The notes: generated by a model not told the origin, from the sequence alone. A stretch of 62,912 nt of DNA, filler included, from Octopus bimaculoides (GCF_001194135.2; 4 parts of 4 records of this genome joined end to end with filler, not necessarily neighbours in it); one strand, 5' to 3'. Positions 1 to 12,785 are shown, counted from the whole stretch's first letter. Translations and numbers: made by a program.

Positions 1-46
1 GCATACATATATATATATGTATAATAATAATATTAATAATAATAGT

Positions 47-181
47 TTTAAATTTTGCCACAACGGCAGCAATTTTGCTGGGAGAATGAGTCGATTACAT
101 CAACCCCAGTGTTCAACTGGCATTTATTTTATCGATCCCCAAAAGGATGAAAGGTAAATTTGACCCCGGCAGAATTTGTAC

Positions 182-182
<1 letters not shown>
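47..182 (-). mobile_element. SINE family B, partial copy
   Basis: Reverse complement of the family B core (gattacatcaaccccagtgttcaactgg...aaggatgaaagg...gaatttg) that recurs more than 10 times in the window. Confidence 0.8.
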
Positions 183-219
<37 letters not shown>

Positions 220-1041
220 TTTGTCTCCTTTGTTTTTACTTTTAAATTTTCATACTGGAATGCATTGAGTAGAAGTTTTTCAAATAGTATTTTATAACTA
301 TATGCCCTTCCTGATGTTAACCCTTCTAAATTCTTCTAACCGTATGAAGGCATTAGTGATGCCTATTCTGATACTGATAAAAATGTATATATATGTGTGT
401 GTATGTGTGTATGTCCATGTGTAAACACATACTTATAAACCCAAATAACATATTTATATGTGTGGGGAGGGGGGGTATATATCAGGTTCAGTCCCACCTT
501 GGACACCTACTGATCTCCATTTATTTCTTTATATATTTATACTTCTTATATAAGCATCGCTCATGCTGAGATTCGTACATTACATAGCAAAAGTATCGCT
601 AACATTGCACACACTATTATACCATTACACCAATAACTGACAGATTCAGCAGCAGCTACTACTGTGACTGCAACGGAGTCATGACCATGATGAAAATGAT
701 AATGATGATGATACTGATGTTGATTAGGACAGTGATAGTGGGAAAAAAAAAAAATGTCTGTGATGCTGATGATGTGAATGATGGTGTTGATAGCATGATG
801 CAACGATACGGTCACTAAAGTAATGTAGCTGTGATGTAAAAGAGCAGTACTTCCTCTTGCGACTATACTACTGATTACATATTACCACCAACTCCTACTA
901 AGTGTGGTAAATAGTCACTGGTAGTAGTGGTCGTAGTGGTGGCAGGGTCAAGTTGTATTGCTTTCTTTTCATTCATTTCACATAGTCTTCTGTCTTCAGT
1001 CTGTCTTTATTTGTAGTACAGAAACAAGATACTCGGAGACA

Positions 1042-1111
<70 letters not shown>

Positions 1112-1160
1112 CATATGTAGACATACAGATATATATCTATATATATATATGATATATATG

Positions 1161-1285
1161 CATGAAACTCTGCCAAATTAGATTGGAGCCTGGTGTTGCC
1201 ATCCGGTTTCACCAGTCCTCAGTCAAATCGTCCAACCCATGCTAGCATGAAAAGCGGACGTCAAACGATGATGAAGATGATGATG
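1161..1285 (+). mobile_element. Retroposon 3' tail (family F) ending in (GAT)n
   Basis: ccaacccatgctagcatgaaaagcggacgtcaaacgatgatg; similar tail at 9535-9720 (-), 13323-13400 (+) and 16435-16555 (-). Confidence 0.6.
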
Positions 1286-1433
1286 ATATATAATATATAT
1301 ATGATATTTATATACATATAATATATATATATTATATATAATATATTTATATTGTATACGTATATAATATATATATTTATGATATACTATATATGTATAT
1401 AATATAATATTTACATATATCATGTATATAATA

Positions 1434-1822
1434 GGTGCAGGAGTGGCTTTGTGGTAGGTAGCTTGCTTATCAACCACATAGTTCTGGGTTCAGTCCCGCT
1501 GCATGGCGCATTAGGCAAATGTCTTCTACTATAGTTTTGGGCCGACGGAAGCCTTGTGCGTGGATTTGGAAGACGGAAACTGAAAAAAGCCCGTCCTGTA
1601 TGTGCGTGTGTGTGTGTTTGTACATTTGTCTCACTACACCATTGCCTGACTACCAATGCTAGTGTGTTTACGGCCCGTATAACTTAGCGATTCAGCAAAA
1701 CAGTACGATAGAATAAGTACTAGGCTTGCAAAGAATAAGTCCTAGGGTCGATTTGTTTGACTAAAGGTGGTACTCTAGCATGGCCGCTGTCAAATGACTG
1801 AAACAAATAAAAGAGTAAAAGA
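1434..1822 (+). mobile_element. tRNA-derived SINE family A, full length
   Basis: Head ggtgcaggagtggc with A-box-like tggtaggtagc and B-box-like ggttcagtccc, central (TG)n linker, 3' end gactgaaacaa-taaaagagtaaaag; about 10 copies in the window. Confidence 0.9.
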
Positions 1823-1852
1823 AAGAATAATATATATGTGTGTGTGTGTGTA

Positions 1853-1886
<34 letters not shown>

Positions 1887-2369
1887 GTATATTTGTGTAT
1901 CTGTGTGTGTGTGTGTTTGTGTGTGCATGTGTGTGTGTGTGTTTCTATATATTTTATATTTGTATGAAAGGTGGTGCTCCAACACGATCCAGTGTTTGCC
2001 TGAAACCAGTAAAACAATAAGGTTATATGTTTATACATACACACACACACACACACACGCACATATATGCTTGTATATATAGATATATATGTATACATGT
2101 ATATATACATATATACACATAGATATATATTTATACATATGTATGTATAAATATGTGCATGTATGTGTGTGTGTATGTATGTATATATGTCCAAAAATGA
2201 GTTCAAAGGGATATATAATCCTGGCAGTTACCATGTTTCCTCTTAAGTCAGTTTCATATGCCGGCTAACTTCAATGGATCCTTAGTGATACCCAAGTTAA
2301 CAAGAATGCTGTAAATAACTGTTTAATAAAATAATAGATGGAGAAATAATCTCCCCGGTCTCCATTCTC

Positions 2370-2407
<38 letters not shown>

Positions 2408-2409
<2 letters not shown>

Positions 2410-2820
2410 TGCAGGAGTGGCTGTGTGGTAAGGTGGTAAGTAGCCAGGTGCATGAGTAGTTGTTGGGTAAGTAGCTTGCTTACCAACCACATGGTACTGG
2501 GTTCAGTCCCACTGCGTGGAACCTTAGGCAAGTGTCTTCTACTATAGCCTCAGGCCGACGAAAGCCTTGTGAGTGGATTTCATAGATGGAGACTGAAAGA
2601 AGCCCATCGTGTGTGTGTTGTGTTTGTCCCCCCATCATCACTTGACAACTGATGTTGGTGTGTTTATACCCCCATAACTTAGCAGTTCAGTAAAAGAGAC
2701 TGATAGGATAAGTACTAAGTTTACAAAGTCCTGGGATCAATTTGTTCGACTAAAAGTGGTGCTCCAGCATGACCGCAGTCAAGTGACTGAAACAAGTAAA
2801 AAGGTAAAAGAGTAAAAGAG
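2408..2820 (+). mobile_element. SINE family A with duplicated 5' head
   Basis: Same family; the head ggtgcaggagtggc...ggtaagtagc is followed by a second ggtgcatgagtag...ggtaagtagc. Confidence 0.88.
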
Positions 2821-2825
2821 TATAT

Positions 2826-3032
2826 GGTCAGCTGATAGAAACATTAGCATTCTGGACAAAATGATTAGTGGCATTTTGGTGATCTTTACATTCTGAGTTC
2901 AAGTTCCATTAGGATCGACTTTACTTTCACCCTTTCATGTCAATAAAGTAAGTACCAGCTGATTACAAGGGGTGATTTAATCAACTTATCCCATCCGCCG
3001 AAATAGCTGGCCTTGTACCATAATTTGAAACT
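2826..3032 (+). mobile_element. SINE family B, old copy
   Basis: gaaacattagc (A-box side), ctgagttcaagttcc (B box), aagtaccag core, gccttgtacc..tttgaaac tail; CpGs mostly decayed. Confidence 0.75.
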
Positions 3033-3090
3033 ATTATCATTATGTATATATATATATATATATAGTGTGTGTGTGTGTTAGTATGAATAC

Positions 3091-3141
<51 letters not shown>

Positions 3142-3744
3142 CTTCCAATCAAAACAATGCACTGGAGCCCTACATACATAACTTAAATGTATGTTAAAAT
3201 ACGAGATTATCACTGAGTCCCTAGACCTGTAAGAACCTGGAAAAATTCGTTTTATCAATGTTTTATCCAAGCCATGCAAGCCCAAGAAAATGGGCATCGA
3301 AATAATAACGATGATAATGATAATGATAATGATGTTGATGGTAACAACAAGGATACATGCTTGTATGAACTAATGATGTGATACCTCTACATGGTAGCCA
3401 GGCATGCTAGAAATAGCAGCCAATGCTCCCTTAAACCACAATCCTCTGTCTTGTATATTGTATGTAGGCACCAGCAAATGAGACTGCTATGTTGTAAGCT
3501 GACATACTAGGAATAGTGGTCAATTTTCCCTCAAATCACACTTTTCTGTTCTTTGTTACTTCAAAAGTAATATACATTTTGATATGCATTCTATGATGGA
3601 ACTACCCAGGTAATGTTGGGTACATGAAATTATAATTCTACAAAATAAATTCTCACAAGTCACTTAAATAACTTATTATTTTTATTGTCATGCTAACTTT
3701 TTATCCCCCACTTTCTCTCTTTACCACTTTTCTCTCTCTCTTTT

Positions 3745-3782
<38 letters not shown>

Positions 3783-4599
3783 GCCCTCTCTCCCCCAGCC
3801 TTTGTGTTTCAAAATAAAAACAAGAAAGTTATGATGTGGGGTGCTTTCTTGAGAATTCATCCTTTTTTTTATTTAAAAATTTTTTTTATTGTAAAAGAGT
3901 TTTTTTAATTAGAATCGTACCAAACTGAAACAGCATTATATATTTTCAGAGAGAAGAAATCATTTTAAAGTACTCTATCCAATGATTTGTATGTAATATA
4001 GTGGAACATCTGTTGTGTAAATTTAGTTATTTAAATTTTTTAAACTGAGGAGCATTTAGTGTTTGCATTTGATATGCATCTCTAACTTTTAAATTTAAAA
4101 ATATAGATAAAAATGCATATTATATACAAATAAATGTGATAAAGGGGGCCATTATACATTTGATTATATCATCCTATCTTTGTTTGAATGCAACTGCAAC
4201 AAGAAATCAGTCTGCAACAAGAATTCAGGCTAGAAAATAACTACACAAAGGTATAAGAGCACTGATGTCCTAACAGATGATGTATGAAATTATGTAAGAG
4301 AAATTATGTAAGAGACATAAACAAGAGAAGTAGCACATGAAAGGAAAGATGATAATGACATCCCAGTGTGTGTGCGTGTGTGTGTGTCTGTGTGTGTGCA
4401 CTGTAGGAAAAATATATTGATAATATGTAAGGTATCAATATATTATGACATGAATAAAGGTATTTGCAAATTTGTGATAGAATAGTATTAGAAATAGAAG
4501 GAAGTTCATGTTTTTTTCATTGGTGTTTAACAAATGATCTGTAGTAGAGTTACAGAACTTAAAATTTTAATAGTTGAATAGTTTAAGGCATTTGTGATC

Positions 4600-5262
4600 A
4601 TTGGGGAAATGCATGTATAGAAAGTTTAGGAGTTTTCCAATGATACAAATACTTCAAAATTATAAAGGGAATTATATGATGGCATACAGCAACTTCTGTC
4701 TTCTGTAATATCATCATCGTTGTTTCTGATTTTCTTCATTTTATCCGTAAAGCCATTCTGGTGTAATATGTTATTATAGAAATCAGTAACTTTGTTAAAT
4801 GATTTTCCATCATATGAAAATCTTTATATCCAGAAGCTAATACCTTTTTTTTTTTATTTATTTGTTTTAAGATAACTGACTGGTGGCTTGGATTTTGAGG
4901 AATATGCTATGATATATATCTTTAAACTGTTATGTGTACTTTGTTTAAGCATTTCAGTTAAGACAATCCAATTTTTTTGTATACTATATGCTTCCCTTTT
5001 CAAGAATGATTTAGCTGCCATTTTTGGCAGGTCTGGTGACAATGTAAATTCTTCCTCTTTTCCTCAGGTCTCTATGTGTGATTGGCAAGTATCTAAATTT
5101 AATATGATGTCAGGAAAATTAACATTTTTCAGATTAGTGTTGAATATAATTCTCAGGTTTAAATCTTTAAATAAATTAATGAGCTTTTTCCTAAATTTGT
5201 CTGTTTTACAGTGATTCATGCTACCAGGTATTAAAAGGCCCCCATCTCTATGTCACCTCTCT
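4600..5262 (-). mobile_element. Penelope-like element RT remnant (YRDDG-type), pseudogenised
   Basis: Minus-strand translation HRDGGLLI...DKFRKKLINLFKDLNLRIIFNTNLKNVNFPDIILNL (PLE YRDDGL...VNFLDVTLDL pattern) and FNKVTDFYNNILHQNGF; stops and frameshifts. Confidence 0.7.
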
Positions 5263-5596
5263 TGTAAAATAAAAAAAACTAATAAATTTAGCGCGTACCA
5301 GGTATAATATATAAAGACAAATTAATTCACGATTTCTGCCTAGTGTCAATACTAGCATCAAAAATCTTTACTAACTGGCTATTGCCAAAAGATGACAGCA
5401 ATTTTTTTTTCTTCCTTGTAAAATGATTTTAATGTTGAATTTACAAATGGCAATGTGGTTGCTAGCAAAATTCAATATTTTTTGAAGTTTGAGTTTTATT
5501 TAACCTGGGTCATCCCTGATTGAGTTGACCAATGATTAAAAGCATTCCAGCTATGACCATCATAGTTTTTTTTTGTATATCAGAGATTACAGTGTC

Positions 5597-5643
<47 letters not shown>

Positions 5644-5894
5644 TATAAGGCAAATAAGAAAATGGAGAGGATATAAAATCGACAAACATCAGCCAGTACA
5701 CTCATCTCTTGTTATTCATTCATCTATATATNNNNNNNNNNNNNNNNNNNNNNNNNNNNNNNNNNNNNNNNNNNNNNNNNNNNNNNNNNNNNNNNNNNNN
5801 NNNNNNNNNNNNNNNNNNNNNNNNNNNNNNNNNNNNNNNNNNNNNNNNNNNNNNNNNNNNNNNNNNNNNNNNNNNNNNNNNNNNNNNNNNNNNN

Positions 5895-5939
<45 letters not shown>

Positions 5940-6086
5940 GTTTATGTATTTATTGGCTGATCTCATTTGTTTACTTGTACCACTTATACATATGATTGTA
6001 ATCAATTAATAAATAGATATAATGGAATGTTTACTGGCTGATGTTTGTTGATTTTATATCCTCTCCATTTTCTTATTTGCCTTATA
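5644..6086. mobile_element. TA-flanked foldback/MITE with ~55-bp terminal inverted repeats
   Basis: 5644-5698 tataaggcaaataagaaaatggagaggatataaaatcgacaaacatcagccagta is the near-perfect reverse complement of 6032-6086; interior contains an N gap. Confidence 0.75.
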
Positions 6087-6264
6087 AATCCTGGGTAAAT
6101 TTCCAGTTTACCCCCACCCATACCGAGTATTCAATTACAATATTGCCATGCAATTGTAAGCGCTTGGTTAAAAATACAGAGGTACACATCCAATAGTATA
6201 TTGGATATTGAATATCCCTTAGATGGTTTCTTAACCTCTAACTCATACAGACATATATATATAT

Positions 6265-6571
6265 GAAAGTGTGTGGTTTAGTAGTTAGGGTATTTGACTC
6301 ACAGTCATAAGGTTATGAGTTCAATTCCTGGTGGCATGTTATATCCTTGAGTAAGACACTTTATTTCACATTGCTCCAGTCCACTCAGCTGGCAAAAATG
6401 AGTAGTACCTGTAATTCAATACACTAGCCTTGTTACATTCTGTGTCGTGCTGAATCTCCCTGAGAACTATGTTAATGGTATGTGTGTCTGTGGAGTGCTC
6501 AGCCAGTTACACATTAATTTTATGAGCATCGGATCAATTAGAACCCTCATTGTTGTAACCAATGGAATCCC
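6265..6571 (+). mobile_element. tRNA-derived SINE family D (D head and body with C-type 3' module)
   Basis: Head tggtttagtagttagg...gagttcaattcc; body gacactttatttcacattgctccagtccactcagc shared with 58777; 3' half shared with family C. Confidence 0.75.
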
Positions 6572-6794
6572 AGTTTAATATAACATAGTAGTATGTGATT
6601 TGAGGGAAATGTGGCTTCTATTTTTGGAAGGTTGAGTGACTGAATAGAAGCTCCTTCATCAGCATGTTTATGTATATCTGTATGTTTGACAGTCTGCCTG
6701 TTAGCATTTTGGGGTCAGTAAAATAAGTACCAGTTGAGGATAGGGAATACCCTAATTAACTTTACCCACCACCTAAAATGTGTTCTGCTTATAT

Positions 6795-7010
6795 TGGTTA
6801 CAAAATTTTGGCACAAAGCCAGCAGTTTTGGTGGCAGGGCCAAATAGATTAAATCAACCCCCAGTGCTCAACTGGTACTTATTTTATCAATCCCAAAAGG
6901 ATGAAAGGCAAAGTTGACCTTGTTGGAATTTGAACTCAAAATGTAGAGATGGAAGAAATGCTACTAAGCATTTTGGCTGGTGTGCTAACGATTCTGCCAG
7001 CTGGCCACCT
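6795..7010 (-). mobile_element. SINE family B, full length, CpG-decayed
   Basis: Aligns end to end with the 59806 copy; most CpGs appear as TG/CA. Confidence 0.85.
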
Positions 7011-7079
7011 TGTCTTTTGCTTTTATCAGCAATCTATATTGTATGGATATGTATATATCTGTATGAAGGAAAGCAATTA

Positions 7080-7470
7080 ACCAATTTATTATACCAACAG
7101 TAGTATATGAAAGCAGAATATGAAAGGTGAGATAAAGGATAACATCAGAGCATGCAATACGTCATGGAAACAAAAATGATGAATACTATGTTGGGAGACA
7201 TAATTAGATGTGTGGAGTTAAGAAGCAAGACAGGAGGTAGAGATATACTTAAAGAAATAGCAAAAACAAAGTAGAGCTGGGCAGGTCACTTAGCTAGAAT
7301 AGAGAGGACAATAGATGGATGAAAAGAACCATAAAATGGATTCTTCAAGAGGGATTGAGAAGGAAAGTAAGCAGAAAAGGAGATGGAGGGACAATAAGCA
7401 AGAATACGAAACTGGTTTAGACTGACCAGAATGGCAATGGATAGACAGGAAAAGGGATATGTCCAGCAGT
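7080..7470 (+). mobile_element. RTE-clade LINE 3' ORF remnant
   Basis: Translates as IPTVVYES...LRSKTGGRDILKEIAKTK*SWAGHLARI..NRWMKRTIKW...KRRWRD, matching the RTE RT C-terminal WAGHVAR...RW pattern. Confidence 0.7.
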
Positions 7471-7818
7471 GAACTGCTATATCTTAAGAGAAAGAAAGTA
7501 TATATATTTGTGTGTGCAAGAATATATACACACACACACATACATACATGTACACACACATGCACACATACATGCATGCATACATACATTTGTATGTATG
7601 CATGTATGTATGTATAATTAATTAAATATGTTCTTTGAAAACAAGGTGTATTGGATGTCAATTAAGTGCTCTGATATGAGATATGTCTAAAACCTTAAAA
7701 AGATATTCAGAGACTCAATGAGAGAACTTTGAAACATTAAAAAAATTTTTTGATGATTATGGCTGTACTTTATCTATTTATTTACTTTAATACAATATTG
7801 CTTATATTATGTACTTAC

Positions 7819-7859
7819 CTCTACTGTAATTTTTAAGATATAACTTTCCCAACCTTTTT
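7819..7859 (-). CDS. Weak candidate internal exon (KGWESYILKITVE)
   Basis: Strong minus-strand donor AG|GTAAGTA, AG acceptor after (CATA)n, one open frame; no recognised homology. Confidence 0.15.
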
Positions 7860-7904
7860 CTAGTATGTATGTATGTATGTATGTATGTATAGTGAATTAA
7901 TGCA

Positions 7905-8290
7905 GAGCTTACAGCTCTTGTACCCTGACTATGGATTCTCATTTGTACCTATCATCATAGGTGCATTAGGCTATGTACCAACAAATTTGCACAAAAAACT
8001 TTGAAATACTCATTTTCATGGAAAAAGTGCAGAAGAAACTGATGCAGATTCTCCAAATCCAATCTATTAGTACCATGGTGAAGACTTGTAAGACATTAAA
8101 AAAATTCTCCATGTGAGATTGTCGATGCACATTACGTAGTGTGCATCGACAGTTCAAAAAACACTTCAACTCAACCACATATTTACAAACACTGGGAACC
8201 CTCTTAACTCAAAACGTTTTGTCACTTTGTTAGCAACTGGCTTGAATTCCCCCAAGAACTTAAATAAAACTCAAAGAAAAATCATACATA
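7905..8290 (+). mobile_element. R4/Dong-like (RLE) LINE 3' end remnant with 3' UTR
   Basis: LYPDYGFSFVPIIIGALGYVPTNL is typical of the RLE-domain C-terminus; similar to the 56576 fragment. Confidence 0.6.
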
Positions 8291-8708
8291 CAGATGTACA
8301 TAGATATGCATCCCATACTCTACTATACCATACGTCTTTCCAAATGGTTCATGGCATTTTTTTTTTCAAAAGACTTTTTTAGAACAGTTAATAACTTCTA
8401 AGAACTGTTCCTTAAAATATCTTCCTTAAAATATTTTGACTGTATCAAATATCTTTTACAAAAGCTTTAAGTATATATTTCGTTTTTGGATTTGGTTTGC
8501 AAGATTCTTTATGTGAGTTCGTTTGTTGAAGTGTTATGTGAGTTATGCGAGTTCATGTGTTGAAGCATATTCTATTGTGTCTGGGGAGAGTCATTTTCTT
8601 TTTGTGCCTCATAATTTAACACACTCACCGGTAAAATTTCCACTTATTTCTTATTTTTATTTTCCTAAAAGTTTCATTGCATCTTGCAACCTTTTCAATA
8701 GTCTTGAC

Positions 8709-8745
<37 letters not shown>

Positions 8746-8847
8746 CAATAATAGGATAAAGTCTTTATAAGAATTTATCAAGTAGCTAGCATGAAAAAAC
8801 CTCATAAGGGAAAAATCCATCATTTATTCCCTAAAATATATTTATTT

Positions 8848-8952
8848 ATATAAGGGCATTACTATACATGAATGCCTCACGCTAGGAGATGGTAGTTTGA
8901 CCTTAGAGTCCCTCCTAGCGTGAGACATTCATGTATAGTAATGCCTTTATAT
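8848..8952. mobile_element. Mini foldback element (41-bp arms, 23-nt spacer)
   Basis: atataagggcattactatacatgaatgcctcacgctaggag versus ctcctagcgtgagacattcatgtatagtaatgcctttatat; 2 mismatches; TA-rich flanks. Confidence 0.8.
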
Positions 8953-9534
8953 AAATATATATATATATTGTTAGTGCATCATGAGTGTTTGTTTTTGGTG
9001 CTAATATATATTATAGAATAAACCTGTAGATTTCAGCTTGTATTACACGTGTAAATAAATTAAACTTCATTAAATATGCTAGAGAAGTATTTGCTGGACA
9101 ACTGCTTTCAAGCTTTATTAAAGATTCTGTTTTCATCAGCAACTAACCTCCTTTCTATAACTGACCACACTGATATCATGTTTATAGCCTCAATTATTAA
9201 GGGCTTTATTAAATCAGATATGCTGATTTGCATAAAGCATGCATTATTAGCAGGTGGTGATGGTGGCGGTGGTGGCGACAGTGGCAGTGGCGGTGGTGGT
9301 GGTGGTGTAGGCAACAGTGACAGCAGCACTGCTGTTGCTAATGTTGTTTAGTTTCAGATCATCCTTGACTGAACAGACCTGCAATCAACTGCATTCCAGC
9401 TATGACCACCCCATCTTTCTATATCTTGCAGTATACAGTGCAACGTGTCCTTACCTTTTTCTTAAGACAATAGGGCATGATTTGAGGGATAGTGATTATA
9501 ATAATAATAGCCATTCATCATGATCATAGTCATC

Positions 9535-9720
9535 ATCATCACCATCATCATTTAACGTCTGTTTTACATGCTGGCATGGGTTGGACAGTTTGGCAGGAGC
9601 TGGCCAGCCAGAGAGTTGCTTAGGCTCCAATTGCCTGTTTTAGCATGGTTTCTATGACTTGATGCTCTTCCTAATGCCATCCACTTTACAGAGTGTACTG
9701 GATGCTTTTTACATGGACCT
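9535..9720 (-). mobile_element. Retroposon 3' tail (family F)
   Basis: catcatcatttaacgtctgtttttacatgctggcatgggttggac is the reverse complement of the 1161-type tail. Confidence 0.65.
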
Positions 9721-9724
9721 GAGC

Positions 9725-9763
<39 letters not shown>

Positions 9764-9985
9764 GGCAGCAAGTTGGCAGAATTGTTAACATGCTGGCCGG
9801 GCAAAATGCTTAACAATATTTTGTCCATCTTTATGTTCTGAGTTCAAATTCTGCTGATGTCGACTTTACCTTTCATCATTTCGGGGGTCAATAAATTAAG
9901 TACCAGTGAAACACTAGGAGTTGATGTAATCAACTAGTCCTTTCCCCTCAAAATTTCAGGTCTTATGCCTTTAGTGGAAAGGATT
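9764..9985 (+). mobile_element. SINE family B, full length
   Basis: ggcagcaagttggcagaattgttaac...ctgagttcaaattc...gaaaggattattatt tail; follows an (ATT)n tract. Confidence 0.85.
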
Positions 9986-10002
9986 ATTATTGTTATTACT
10001 AT

Positions 10003-10146
10003 TTCTAATTTAGGCACAAGACCAACAAATCTTAAAGGTGGAGAGCAACTGATTATATCAACCCTAGTACTTGAGAAGTACTTTATTTTATCAACTCCAG
10101 AGAATTGCAAGGCAAAGTTGATCTCAGCCAGATTTGAACTCAGAAT
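10003..10146 (-). mobile_element. SINE family B, 5'-truncated
   Basis: Reverse complement of core and tail; tail-to-tail with the 9764 copy. Confidence 0.75.
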
Positions 10147-10215
10147 AATCATGACAAAATTTATTAGCACTATAGTTCTCCTATATATGTACATGCATAC
10201 GTGAGTATAAATGTA

Positions 10216-10890
10216 TAAGGGTTGGCAGAAATGTTCATAGGCTGGCAAAGAATAAGACCAAATGAGGTTTATTTTCAACATAGTTTCTCTTGAGCTCCAC
10301 ACACTTCTTCCATCGGTGTTGCAATGCTTGGATCCCATTGGTGAAGAAGCTTTTTACCTTGTTGGTCAAAAAAGTCATCAACAGCAGAGTTTTTCCCTGT
10401 TGGGGAACAGATCATAGTCGTATGGAGCCAAATTAGGAGTATAGGAACTGTGATCAACCAGTTCAAAGCCACAATCAAGCACAGCAGCCCTTGAAAGCAA
10501 GGACTTGTGTGCTGGAGTTTTGTCCTGATGAAACAAGACCCTCTTTTGTCAGTTTTTCTGGACAGTTGGTCTTGATATTGTTTCATAACAGCTTCAGCAA
10601 GTTGGCATAGTACTCTCCTCAGACAATGCCAGATTTTCCCTTGATGTGATCAGCCTGGTACATTTCTGATCAGGTATCAGAAGACATGGCACCCACCAAG
10701 CAGAAATCATCATGTCAAGTTCTTTGTGCAAAATATTCTCAACTCCCTCATGAGATATGCCAACAGCATTAGCTATTTGAGTTATAATCAGTTGTCTGTC
10801 ATCCATCACTGTGAGGTGAATACAATCAATGATTTCCTCAGTAACGGTAGCTGCAGGGTGTCCAGACTTTTTACAGTAGAACTGAACTTA
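10216..10890 (-). mobile_element. Mariner transposon remnant (internal deletion, 5' part lost)
   Basis: DDRQLIITQIANAVGISHEGVENILHKEL...WWVPCLL (WVPxxL motif) and LAPYDYDLFP (APSD motif); TA then TIR-like taagggttggcagaaatgttcataggctg at 10216. Confidence 0.85.
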
Positions 10891-10914
10891 AATATGTGTG
10901 ATTCCAAAACAAAC

Positions 10915-11813
10915 TTCTTAACCACACAACCTGACCCCAGTAAGATGAAAAGTAAAGTTGACCTTGGTGGGATTTGAACTCAGAACATAAAATGCTGGAA
11001 CTCATAAATGCCACAAGGTATTTTTTCTAACACTCAAACAATTCAGTTAGTTTGTTGCCTTCTGTAACCTAACACAGCAACAAAAATAATGTAAATAACT
11101 GAAAACAATTCCCAATGAGTTCTCTTTATATCAAAAGCCCTAAATTAATCAGAGAGGGGCTTAGTTTAAGTGAATCAACCCAAGTATATGATTGGTGTTG
11201 CTGTAGTGAGTTCCAGAAAGGTGAAAGGTATGTTAAACTGGGCTGGATATCCATTAGAATGTACAAGGGCAACAATAAACAGCCATAAGGCATTTTGTTC
11301 AGTTTTCTGTTTATTCCACCAAAAACTATTCTTCACTTCAGAATTCCATGAAGCTACTAAATTCTTTCATCAATCACATCACCCCCAGTGTTCAATTGGT
11401 ACTTATTTTATTGACCCAGAAAGGATGAAAGGTATAACTGACCTCGGTAAAATTTGAACTTAGAGCATAAAAAGCTGGAAGAAACACTATTAAGCATTTA
11501 GCCTGATGTGCTAATGATGCTGCTAGCTTGCTACCTTAAAGAAGTTACTAATAACAGCAACAACACTGATTTGTTGTTTGCAAGAGATAAAGTTTGGGGA
11601 AGGGGAGAGTCAGATGATGTACAGCATCTCCATTAAATTGAACTTAGTATTTGAGTGATGATTATTTCATTAACCTTGAACAGATGGAGAACTGACTGAC
11701 TCAGGTGGGATTTGAACTCAGAATGTAATGGGATATAACTGGACACCACAAAACATTATAATCAGTCTTGTATTGATTCTACTGTCCATGACCTTCATAA
11801 CATTAACAATAAT

Positions 11814-11862
<49 letters not shown>

Positions 11863-12253
11863 GACCTTTCTACTATAGGCACAACGCCTGAAATTTGGAA
11901 GAGGGGGTTAGTTGATTACATTGACCCCAGTACTCAACTGGTATCTAATTTATCATCCCCGAATGGATGAAAGGCTGAGTCAACCTTAACAGAATTTGAA
12001 CTCAGAACACAGCAACAGACAAAATACTGCTAAACATTTCGCCTGGTGTGCTAACGATTCTGCCTGTTCACCACCTTATTTTTTTTTATCTTCTTTTTTA
12101 ATAATAATCCTTTCTACTTTAGGCACAAGGCCTGAAATTTTGGGTGGGAGGTAGGTTGATTACATCGACCCCAAGTGCTTCACTGATACTTAATTTATCA
12201 ACCCCAAAAGGACGAAAGGCAAAATAAACTTCAGCAGAATTTGAACTCAGAGC
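10915..12253 (-). mobile_element. Cluster of five minus-strand SINE family B copies (10915-11060, 11372-11536, ~11590-11800, 11862-12076, 12103-12253)
   Basis: Repeated gaaaggcaaagt..gacct..ggaatttgaactcag motif; some copies abut (AAT)n tracts. Confidence 0.8.
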
Positions 12254-12669
12254 ATAGTAATAGTAGGTCAAGGCCATGCATTAGGGAGTAGGGAATATAT
12301 TCAATTGACTCAACTTCATTTTTTTTTTTATATATTCATTTATTTATTTGGTTAACTCTTTAAATGAATTCAGACAGGAATTGAACTCAGAATTATCAAA
12401 GCTAAAACTGAACAATATTAAGATAATTTTGTCAAATATTTAGATACTCTCTCTCTCTCTCTTTCTCACTCTCTCTCTCACTCTTTCTCACTCTCTCTCT
12501 CACTCTCCGTCTCTCTCTTTATATGTATGTGTTTGTATTTATGTATAGAAGTATGTGCATCAAAACAGAAGATTTGTAGAACTGTTTTAGGTATTATTAT
12601 TTATTCACCGTTGCACTTGTTTCAGATGCTAATAGGAGTTAGAAAACTGTATAGGAAAAGCATGTAGGA

Positions 12670-12750
12670 TATCTCCTATTTGAAATTCTTCAGACAGAGA
12701 ATCAAAATAATTATTTGATTTGCTGTCTGAAGAATTTCTAATAGGAGATA
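12670..12750. other. Near-perfect 81-nt hairpin
   Basis: tatctcctatttgaaattcttcagacag and ctgtctgaagaatttctaataggagata form 28-bp arms with 1 mismatch; the loop can pair further (aatcaaa/tttgatt). Confidence 0.85.
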
Positions 12751-12785
12751 CAAATTTTTCTTAAGTGTACAATTTTGTAACTTAC

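Noticed and set aside
975-1000. CTGAAGA...GAAA on the minus strand
   Set aside because: No stem II or III complementarity; likewise for CTGATGA hits at 6655, 30765, 47520 and 47941
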